DNA from: a virus
Virus record (IMG/VR): IMGVR_UViG_3300020030_000015
Location: 1 to 6,131 of that record
Reading direction: 5' to 3' (one strand)
Length of the DNA stretch: 6,131 nucleotides
The translations under genes and the position numbers were made by a program. Shown here piece after piece: positions 1 to 5,966 of the stretch. Below the pieces are notes generated by a model. It did no database searches. It worked only from the letters and a program-made list of their open reading frames with translations, and was not told the origin of the DNA. Numbering within the stretch: position 1 is the first letter of the stretch; every line of letters begins with the position of its first letter.

Positions 1-111
1 AACTCTTCCACCAAGCGGGCGGGTCACTACTCTAGTGCCCTTTCCCTTCTTCTTTCGACGCGCTTTCATTGTGAGTCAAATCAGTGCTAAACATAAGAAC
101 AAGTGTATTAT
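1..111. repeat. Terminal direct repeat, copy 1 (assembly overlap of a circular genome)
   Basis: Bases 1-111 (aactcttccaccaagcgggc...aagtgtattat) match 6021-6131 base for base. Both copies are cut off by the window edges. This implies a circular unit of 6020 nt. Confidence 0.97.
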
Positions 112-355
112 CGAAGAAATCGATCGAAAAATCAGGATACGCAATCAGGGCCTCTACAAGGCTAGGAATCCGACAATGATGGATATAGGGCGAAGCAGAG
201 ATGCTAGAATACTCTACAAAATCGGAAACGGGGGTATGCGCAAGAGCGTCAAGAGGTAATGTCGAAAACTGGCCATCTTTGATACAACCAATCTGAAGAA
301 CATCGACGTTAAGAGCCGGATTAATACGGCGGACAACTATATGGACCTGTGTCAT
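32..355 (-). CDS. Hypothetical protein, 107 aa, acidic C-terminal half; last gene before the terminator
   Basis: ATG-to-TAG ORF that fills the gap between the 101-aa ORF (23 nt upstream) and the terminator. By hand count about 47% of its codons end in T, the same direction of bias as the recognisable phage genes. I recognise no motif. Its 3' end lies in the terminal repeat, so a partial second copy appears at 6052-6131. Confidence 0.6.
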   Translation of the reverse strand: MTQVHIVVRRINPALNVDVLQIGCIKDGQFSTLPLDALAHTPVSDFVEYSSISASPYIHHCRIPSLVEALIAYPDFSIDFFDNTLVLMFSTDLTHNESASKEEGKGH

Positions 356-378
356 AATAATAGAATTTAATGTTTCAT

Positions 379-684
379 TTAAAGCTCATGGTAAAAACGC
401 CTCCAAGCGTCGGAATGTTTGAGCCAGAATTCGTAACCCTCAGGCGCTGAAGTAAACAGAAAAGCAGAGGAGATGAGAGACTCGGGGCCAAGGCTAGGCC
501 TACGATAAACATATAGGATGTGGTCGCGCAAACAGTCTCGGAAGGTTTTCCGAGTCGTAGCGCTGCGGTCATAGTTCGCCCTAAAGGCAGTGAATATTCC
601 GCGACGGACAAGCCACTCAACAAATGCATATTCTACAACATCGATTGCCAGCTTGTCAACTTTGGAATTTTTGTTCTTTTTCAT
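379..684 (-). CDS. Hypothetical basic protein, 101 aa (net charge about +6)
   Basis: ATG-to-TAA ORF beginning about 27 nt downstream of a Bacteroidetes-type promoter. The N-terminus MKKNKNSKVDK is Lys-rich and the C-terminus carries an aromatic motif, SAPEGYEFWLKHSDAWRRF. Third codon positions are atypical for this genome, at about 35% T and 31% C by hand count. No family is recognised. Confidence 0.6.
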   Translation of the reverse strand: MKKNKNSKVDKLAIDVVEYAFVEWLVRRGIFTAFRANYDRSATTRKTFRDCLRDHILYVYRRPSLGPESLISSAFLFTSAPEGYEFWLKHSDAWRRFYHEL

Positions 685-710
685 AACAATACGGTTATTG
701 GTTTACAACG

Positions 711-741
711 CAAATATAACAACAAAAACTTAAAATGCAAA
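711..741 (-). promoter_or_regulatory. Candidate Bacteroidetes-type promoter (-33 TTTG / -7 TAnnTTTG)
   Basis: The - strand reads TTTG (741-738), then a 19-nt spacer (737-719), then TATATTTG (718-711). It lies in the 71-nt gap between the VP2 stop (756) and the ATG at 684. This is the only TAnnTTTG in the genome that has a correctly spaced upstream TTTG, from my scan of all CAAAnnTA sites on the + strand. Confidence 0.5.
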
Positions 742-755
742 AAAAATCAACGATT

Positions 756-2123
756 CTAACGATATCTTCGAGTAGTATTGTACGAGCTAGAATGAGTACC
801 GCGCGTCATCTCCGTTTTCGCATAACCAACAAGATTTCCTTTCGAGTCATAACGAGTCGTAAGTGAAGAACCAGCAGAGTCGCTGGTAGAACCGCCAGCA
901 GAGATAGTCTTAGACGCGCGAGCCATGCCTCCACGAATTATACCTGCGCCGGCGATGCTAGCGGCCGCACCAACCAAGGCTTTAGAAATTTCAACATACG
1001 GGTCAACCTTCGCATTACGAAGAGCGATACGAGCCTGCTCGGGAAGGAAGTCAGATGCATTTGCTTCGTTTATAATAGTTTTATCGTGAAAATCTTTAAG
1101 CGACATTGAAAGCTTGAAAGTTTTAGGGCCAGGATTTCCGCGGGTAATAGGATTTTTACTTCTAAGATTTTCTGAATATTGAGGATTCGGAATTTCGATA
1201 TCGAAACGCTTTTCCCAATTACGTGCGAGCTCATTAGCAGTGTCAAGATTATTTAAACGCAAAGACTCTATAACTTCGCGAGCCTGTTCGCCAAGAACTT
1301 GATTAAGAGCAGCCTGAGTATTCATCATGAAAGCTTGAGCCGACATGATAGCGCCTATATTTTCATTCTCGATATTCAAGCGACGAACTTCCGCAGCGAC
1401 AAGAGCAGCCTGATTCTTCTTTTCATCAATGACACTCAAAAGGGTAGAATCAGAAATAAATCGATTGTTCTTTTCTATATCCTCTTGGACTCGAAGAACA
1501 TCATGGGCAGCTAAATTATGCTTTGTTACTGCCTCATCAAGGGCTACACGAGCCTGGGCCATAGCGACATAAAGCTGATTGCCAACATTCTGGTCATTAA
1601 TCGACTGAGCCTCAGCGTTATCGCGATTAGCAGCAGCATCATTACGGCTTACCGTTGACTGCGCAATCATATTCTGCGCAATAGCAGTAGGGTCAGCGAC
1701 AGGCGAAGCACCGGGACTGACAGGGGAGCCACCAGCAGGACCAACAGCAGAAGGCATAGCAGCAGAACCTCCTGACATAGTAGCGTTAACACCAACGCCT
1801 GAAGAGCCAAGGACAGCCGCAGGAGTAACACCAGCCTTCAAATAACGTGCAAAAAGCTTCGAAGGATCATTATAAGCATTTTCATAATCAAATTGTTTCT
1901 GCCAATTAGCATAAGACAACTCTGACTGCTTCTGCATTTGCTCTAAAGCGTACTGCTGTTGAAGCTTCATTTGCTTTTGCTGAAAACGCCACTGACGACG
2001 GGCGTTCATGCCTCCGAAGAGTTGACCAAGGGCGCCAGTAATCAAACCGGTAGTACCAGTAGAGGCAGCAGACTGGCCGAGAGCTTGACCAAAGGATGCG
2101 GCAGCGGAAACAGGAATAGGCAT
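756..2123 (-). CDS. DNA pilot / minor capsid protein VP2 (phiX174 H-like)
   Basis: 455 aa. It has a Gly/Ala-rich N-terminus. It also has the motif typical of gokusho-type VP2 proteins, NWQKQFDYENAYNDPSKLFARYLKAGVTPAAVLG (aa 73-106, nt 1806-1907). A long Ala/Gln/Asn/Glu-rich, helix-prone central region (about aa 150-310) is followed by a Ser/Thr/Gly-rich basic tail. The gene sits downstream of VP1. Confidence 0.85.
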   Translation of the reverse strand: MPIPVSAAASFGQALGQSAASTGTTGLITGALGQLFGGMNARRQWRFQQKQMKLQQQYALEQMQKQSELSYANWQKQFDYENAYNDPSKLFARYLKAGVTPAAVLGSSGVGVNATMSGGSAAMPSAVGPAGGSPVSPGASPVADPTAIAQNMIAQSTVSRNDAAANRDNAEAQSINDQNVGNQLYVAMAQARVALDEAVTKHNLAAHDVLRVQEDIEKNNRFISDSTLLSVIDEKKNQAALVAAEVRRLNIENENIGAIMSAQAFMMNTQAALNQVLGEQAREVIESLRLNNLDTANELARNWEKRFDIEIPNPQYSENLRSKNPITRGNPGPKTFKLSMSLKDFHDKTIINEANASDFLPEQARIALRNAKVDPYVEISKALVGAAASIAGAGIIRGGMARASKTISAGGSTSDSAGSSLTTRYDSKGNLVGYAKTEMTRGTHSSSYNTTRRYR

Positions 2124-2124
2124 A

Positions 2125-2316
2125 CTATATGCGCATTAAATTGTTAGAACGAATGATATAATCAACGCGTACAGTGTCGATATGAACACCACTACGCTGC
2201 ATCCTAGCCTGAGCAGAACACGAGGCAAGAAAAAAAGCAGCCAAAGCAGCAACAATAGAAGAAACAAGCGTCCAAAAAGCTTTCGACTTATAGAAGGGTT
2301 GTTTAGTATCAGACAT
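2125..2316 (-). CDS. Small predicted lipoprotein / membrane protein, 63 aa (the longer 100-aa form would start at 2427)
   Basis: From the ATG at 2316 the sequence is MSDTKQPFYKSKAFW-TLVSSIVAALAAFF-LASC. That is a Lys-rich n-region, a hydrophobic core, and a lipobox L-A-S-C with Cys33 at nt 2220-2218. The mature peptide would be only 31 aa. About 58% of its codons end in T, as in the core genes. The first 26 codons after the upstream ATG at 2427 show only about 27% T and overlap a long hairpin. The stop TAG (2127-2125) is 1 nt from the VP2 ATG (2123). Confidence 0.6.
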   Translation of the reverse strand: MSDTKQPFYKSKAFWTLVSSIVAALAAFFLASCSAQARMQRSGVHIDTVRVDYIIRSNNLMRI

Positions 2317-2340
2317 AGAAATAAAATTTAAAGAACGATA

Positions 2341-2419
2341 GAAAAATGCGCGGCCTCTCCGGCAGTCGTTACCAATAACCTTCAGCAATTCACGGACTCT
2401 TCCAGAAGGGGTCCGCGCA
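2341..2419 (-). terminator. Long imperfect hairpin followed by a T-tract; candidate internal (partial) terminator or attenuator
   Basis: A 7-bp GC-rich stem pairs 2347-2353 (tgcgcgg) with 2413-2419 (ccgcgca). It extends by a further 5 bp, 2354-2358 with 2407-2411, including one G-T pair and a 1-nt bulge. On the - strand it is followed directly by TTTTTC (2346-2341) and more T-rich sequence. The enclosed loop of about 48 nt is only partly paired, so this is not a canonical compact terminator. Confidence 0.3.
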
Positions 2420-2449
2420 CGTAGCATATATCGTCGAGTAAAGAATGTA

Positions 2450-2746
2450 CTATTTTTCTTCAGACTTAGAGGGGTTTGAAGCAGACTTAGACCTATCTAT
2501 CTCTGAATCAATCAATTCTTGACCAACTTCGAGACCGTCAAACTTATCCATACGGGAAAATGAGTTAGGGTCAAAGTCGATATCAGGGTTGAACTTCTCA
2601 CCCTTCTCAAAATCAGAAGGCTCGGCTGTCACATCCGGACGACCAGGAAGAACATCAACTGAACCAGAGCCGTCTAGGACAGAAAGGATGCGCTGACCGC
2701 GAGAAATATAAGCAGGAGCATCTTCAAGAAACCATTCAAGTGCCAT
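2450..2746 (-). CDS. Acidic 98-aa protein; possible internal scaffolding (VP3-like) protein
   Basis: ATG-to-TAG ORF starting 12 nt after the VP1 stop, with a strong T-ending codon bias like VP1. It has about 22 Asp/Glu against 11 Lys/Arg and appears to have little hydrophobic core. The scaffold role is inferred only from size, charge and position next to the capsid gene. Confidence 0.7.
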   Translation of the reverse strand: MALEWFLEDAPAYISRGQRILSVLDGSGSVDVLPGRPDVTAEPSDFEKGEKFNPDIDFDPNSFSRMDKFDGLEVGQELIDSEIDRSKSASNPSKSEEK

Positions 2747-2758
2747 AAAATTAATATA

Positions 2759-4567
2759 TTAACGATTAGACAAACGAGTCGCGAACGTCTTATTAACCAA
2801 GTTCTTCTTCTGGACGGCATAAGACAAGTTCACAAAGAAATTATCTTCAGTGTTAGAAGCAAAAGGTGAATTAACCTGCTTCATATCCGTAAAAAGCAGA
2901 GGATAGTAATACTGCTCGGGCAAAGAACCAGTACCACTACTAGTGTAAACAGTACGTTGCTGAACCCAATAAGAATAAAGCGGACGCGAAGAACCGCCTT
3001 CTGCTTCTGACAGAGAGTAAGCCTGGAGCTGCCCTAAAACCTCGTCGTAAGACGAACGAAATTCGTTAAAACAAGGTTCATTAGCAGACGTGGTGTTTGG
3101 ATTGCCATTGAAAGCAAGCCGAAAGGCCGGAACATCTTGAAAACCAATGTCATTATAAATAGGGTTGAAATAATCAGGGCCTAAATAATTAAGATAATCC
3201 GGCTTAATAAAACTCCAGTAATAAACCGGGCGAATACTCAACATGTCGATCATGTAACCAGGCTCGCGGAAATAATAAGACTGTCGACGACCAAGACGAT
3301 CATTAAAAGCGATAGCACCACCCTGTTGCCCGAGGGGACCATTAGCACCTGAACCACCAAAATTATTCTGTCCAGCTTGATTCATGACAATCTGTACATT
3401 AACGGTCTGCGAAGCACTAAAAAGAAGCTTCGGGCGATCGACGTGTTCAATCTTCGAAGCAAAAAACGTTTCCAGCCAATCATTATAACGGCTGCCACCA
3501 GCGCCGAGTAAATCCTTGTATTCCTGAAGGCGAGAAGCAATGGCTAGCTGGGGGATAGTGGTAACGCCAGACATAGAAACAGCGGACGAAGAACCCGAAG
3601 GAAGGAGGCGACTGAATCGATCGGGATTCGATGGAACGACAGCCATAGGATGTGCGGTAACAAAATAGGAAACAGAGGCATTACCCGCGGAGGAAGTGGT
3701 AGGCAAAGTCTGGGCAATAATACCGGTTGAACCCCAAAGCGAGGAGGACGGATAGGTCGTAGAAACGGGGAAACCATCACCGGAAGCAGCATTATTATCC
3801 AGATCAGAACGAATTATCTGAGTGAACAAATTACCGCGATTAAAAGTATTATTCGTAGAACTTAAAGCTGACGGATAAAACTGACTCTCAAAATAAGCAT
3901 CAAGGAACTCAAGATTGCCAAAACACTGCGTAAAGAAACGAGAATCTCCAGAATTATCGGGATCGAGGGAATAAGCAGAACCAGAATAAACAAGTTTGTT
4001 AGCCATGGGCCAAGCGAAAGAGTAAATTCCCCACTGCGAATAACCATAGTAATTACGAACAATATCCCAATAAGCTAAATACGAATCCGCATTACTCCAA
4101 CGATCCATCGAAGAATCAGCGGGAAGAGACACGGAAGCAGGAACGGTGGATACACCAGTAGTATACTTATTCGCGATACGCAACCAGGACATCAACGAAT
4201 TAGTATAAGCTGCTCCGAAAAAATCTCTATTCAGGCCACCCGCTTGAGGCTGACAGGAGACGATCCAATTAAGGCTCAAATTATTCATATCAAACTTACT
4301 ACTATTCGTCCTCATCTCAGGATGGTACAACTGCAGCGGCACCCAGAAACGATGAAGTCGAATCGTATAAGGGTTAAACGTCGGAACAGCAAGAGGATTA
4401 CTACGAACATCAATGCCCTGCTCGATAGAAACGCGGTCACGGGCATTAATAAAATCGACTCGCACCGGATAGAGAATACCCGGTGTGCATGTAAAGGCTT
4501 TACTCTCAGGAACATCGTAACGAGAGTAGCCGTTTACAACGTGTGAAATAAAAGGTTGTTTTCCCAT
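2759..4567 (-). CDS. Major capsid protein VP1 (Microviridae F-protein family)
   Basis: 602 aa, with blocks characteristic of microvirus capsid proteins:
- N-terminal SRYDVPESKAFTCTPGILYPVRVDFINARDRV...RLHRFWVPLQL
- LAYWDIVRNYY
- IASRLQEYKDLLGAGGSRYNDWLETFFA..DRPKLL
- LGQQGGAIAF
- EPGYMIDMLSIRPVYY
- a C-terminal DNFFVNLSYAVQKK. Confidence 0.95.
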   Translation of the reverse strand: MGKQPFISHVVNGYSRYDVPESKAFTCTPGILYPVRVDFINARDRVSIEQGIDVRSNPLAVPTFNPYTIRLHRFWVPLQLYHPEMRTNSSKFDMNNLSLNWIVSCQPQAGGLNRDFFGAAYTNSLMSWLRIANKYTTGVSTVPASVSLPADSSMDRWSNADSYLAYWDIVRNYYGYSQWGIYSFAWPMANKLVYSGSAYSLDPDNSGDSRFFTQCFGNLEFLDAYFESQFYPSALSSTNNTFNRGNLFTQIIRSDLDNNAASGDGFPVSTTYPSSSLWGSTGIIAQTLPTTSSAGNASVSYFVTAHPMAVVPSNPDRFSRLLPSGSSSAVSMSGVTTIPQLAIASRLQEYKDLLGAGGSRYNDWLETFFASKIEHVDRPKLLFSASQTVNVQIVMNQAGQNNFGGSGANGPLGQQGGAIAFNDRLGRRQSYYFREPGYMIDMLSIRPVYYWSFIKPDYLNYLGPDYFNPIYNDIGFQDVPAFRLAFNGNPNTTSANEPCFNEFRSSYDEVLGQLQAYSLSEAEGGSSRPLYSYWVQQRTVYTSSGTGSLPEQYYYPLLFTDMKQVNSPFASNTEDNFFVNLSYAVQKKNLVNKTFATRLSNR

Positions 4568-4570
4568 AAA

Positions 4571-5641
4571 TTAAATAATTAGTTGAAGTTTATAATGATC
4601 TCGCCAAAACTGGAGAATATCTAAATCCAGCCAAGTAGGGGGATCGAAGTCAGGCATTTTCCGAGAGGAGGAAGAGAAGCTCATCACTTGCTTTTGCTCC
4701 CACGTGTACGACGCTCTACGGGATACGGCGGAATTGAGATCGAACCGGTCAACGCACAAAGACACAATACGCTTAACCAAAGAAGACTTGCTAAAACGTG
4801 CATAAGCATCAGCAGCGGTAATCGAGCGTACAACCTCATCTTCTGGTTTAAGATATCTAAGATAGTATCGAGGAATCGAGTAGTTATAATTGATACTCCT
4901 CGAAGTATCGAAATAAGACCACGTCGAAACACGAGCAGAAGGACGAGGCATGTAGCCAAGAAAATCACCAACGCCAGCAGATACGAATTTTCGCGTATAA
5001 CGGCGATGTTGGAGGAGAGTAGATAAAGGTGTAAGTTTTCCATCTACAGTAACATATTTGTCCGAAATTTCTTCGGGATTAAATTGAATCTGTTTAGTAA
5101 CATATTTAACGCAATATCGAGCACGCTTATGAGTAGCCTTCGATAACCACACAAAACCAAGGTCTCGAACAGCAGCACGAATGGTGTTGTAGAGGACATT
5201 TGTACCAAAGAGGAAACCATGAAAATGCAGCCGAGGCTCATTCCCTATCTCAGGATGCGTGCCGAACTCTTGAAAGAAAGCGTGCTTAAACGAATGACCG
5301 AGCTTATGTCGCAAACGCTCATTGAAACGACGGATGAATCGAGAAGGATCAAGAAGAGCTTCATTGTAATAACTTGGTGCAATCGTGATTGTAATAAAAA
5401 TAGCCTGCTGACTATTAGCTTTACAATGAGTCAACTCGCGCTCTAGCCGAACGAACCAATCATTGCGCTGGCGACGCAAGCAGTCTTCGCACTTGCCGCA
5501 GGGGACCATTAGCCATTGACGAGCAATATCCCAGGGGCGGAGGGCTAAAGCAGACTTGGCAACATCAGAGCCATCGCGACAAGGATTCTTCTTGTCGAAA
5601 TAACGACGATTTCGTATCCATATGGGAGATGAGCAGGCCAT
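4571..5641 (-). CDS. Replication initiation protein VP4 (HUH rolling-circle endonuclease, phiX174 A-like)
   Basis: 356 aa. The N-terminus MACSSPIWIRNRRY and the Cys cluster VPCGKCEDCLRRQRNDW (C48/C51/C54) are typical of VP4. Motif I is FITITI (aa 82-87). The HUH motif is LHFHGFLF (H139-F140-H141, nt 5227-5219, CAT TTT CAT). The double-tyrosine motif is YCVKYVTK (Y176/Y180, nt 5116-5093). Confidence 0.95.
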   Translation of the reverse strand: MACSSPIWIRNRRYFDKKNPCRDGSDVAKSALALRPWDIARQWLMVPCGKCEDCLRRQRNDWFVRLERELTHCKANSQQAIFITITIAPSYYNEALLDPSRFIRRFNERLRHKLGHSFKHAFFQEFGTHPEIGNEPRLHFHGFLFGTNVLYNTIRAAVRDLGFVWLSKATHKRARYCVKYVTKQIQFNPEEISDKYVTVDGKLTPLSTLLQHRRYTRKFVSAGVGDFLGYMPRPSARVSTWSYFDTSRSINYNYSIPRYYLRYLKPEDEVVRSITAADAYARFSKSSLVKRIVSLCVDRFDLNSAVSRRASYTWEQKQVMSFSSSSRKMPDFDPPTWLDLDILQFWRDHYKLQLII

Positions 5642-5841
5642 TACAGAAGACTTCTAAGGCAATCGAACTTAATATAAGGGTTAGTGCGACGACAACGAAC
5701 AAGATAGTCATTCGCGGGACTTTCATCGACAAACCAAGCAATAACAACTCGCTTTTTGCCGCGATATGCGCCAACAGAATAGCGATAAGGGACGCTATTA
5801 ATAATAGGGGAAAATCTAGGTTTAAAATCAAAATAATCCAT
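5641..5841 (-). CDS. Hypothetical basic protein, 66 aa (net about +6), coupled to VP4
   Basis: ATG-to-TAA ORF. About 60% of its codons end in T by hand count, the same bias as VP1 and VP4, which argues that it is translated. Its stop overlaps the VP4 start as TAATG (5643-5639). A DNA-binding or packaging role is only a guess from the charge. Confidence 0.65.
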   Translation of the reverse strand: MDYFDFKPRFSPIINSVPYRYSVGAYRGKKRVVIAWFVDESPANDYLVRCRRTNPYIKFDCLRSLL

Positions 5842-5882
5842 AATTTAAAAATATTACTTAGCATCAATTACTACGTTTCGCC

Positions 5883-5924
5883 GGCCGACAGCCTTAACGG
5901 CTGGGACGCTGCGCGTCTTCGGCC
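5883..5924 (-). other. Compact three-way-junction DNA/RNA fold in the main non-coding region (candidate origin-associated structure)
   Basis: A closing stem pairs ggccga (5883-5888) with tcggcc (5919-5924). It encloses two hairpins. One is cagcc-ttaac-ggctg (5889-5903) and the other is gacgc-tgc-gcgtc (5905-5917). All pairs are Watson-Crick, and the element lies in the only sizeable gene-free segment. Confidence 0.4.
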
Positions 5925-5966
5925 TCCATGGCTTCACTTCGTTTGGGATATACCGGTAAACCGGTG

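Noticed and set aside
21-40. A small hairpin (ggg-t-cac / gtg-ccc) spanning the stop codon of the 107-aa ORF.
   Set aside because: It has only 6 bp with a bulge and no following T-tract. The convincing terminator lies about 46 nt further downstream.
1-111. Terminal repeats as LTR or IR ends of a mobile element, or as phage cos or DTR packaging ends.
   Set aside because: The repeats are direct, exact and truncated by the window boundaries. The content between them is a rolling-circle ssDNA phage, which has no terminal redundancy in the virion. A circular-assembly overlap is the simplest explanation.
2317-2427. A 37-codon N-terminal extension of the lipoprotein ORF (MLRARTPSGRVRELLKVIGNDCRRGRAFFYRSLNFIS), starting at the ATG at 2427.
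   Set aside because: The first 26 codons after the ATG have only about 27% T-ending codons, against about 58% downstream of 2316. The segment coincides with a long GC-rich hairpin plus T-tract. The sequence from Met38 onward forms a complete signal peptide on its own. It is kept as an alternative start rather than excluded outright.
4291-4298. A second TAnnTTTG match (TAAGTTTG on the - strand) inside VP1.
   Set aside because: No TTTG lies 19-21 nt upstream, and it is deep in coding sequence. A chance occurrence is expected.
4285-4300. TTTGATATG on the - strand, which resembles the phiX174 origin core CTTGATATT.
   Set aside because: It is a partial 8 of 9 match to a motif from a distant subfamily, with none of the flanking AT-rich or recognition sequence. 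It is not enough to call an origin.
3544-5241. A series of Leu/Ile/Phe-rich - strand ORFs nested inside VP1 and VP4 (3544-3792, 3862-4062, 4312-4515, 4684-5043, 5044-5241) that look like membrane proteins. The ORF at 375-629 inside the 101-aa gene shows the same effect.
   Set aside because: The VP4-nested ORFs (4684-5043, 5044-5241) and 375-629 lie in the +1 frame of the real gene. I did not compute the frame for the three inside VP1, but their composition looks the same. The host gene's third codon positions are T-rich, and these become second positions in the +1 frame, which forces hydrophobic residues. They have no independent start context and are fully embedded in well-supported genes.
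5842-5870. A possible promoter just upstream of the 66-aa ORF: TATTTTTA (5853-5846, 7 of 8 matches to TAnnTTTG), and a TTGATG / TAAATT sigma70-like pair.
   Set aside because: There is no TTTG at the required spacing of about 19 nt (ACGT is there instead). The sigma70-like hexamers are only 14 nt apart. The implied TSS would fall on the ATG itself. The main promoter therefore remains unidentified.
5896-5931. An 11-codon mini-ORF (MEAEDAQRPSR) starting at the CCATGG palindrome within the non-coding region.
   Set aside because: It is too short, it lies entirely within the paired three-way junction, and it shows no coding bias.
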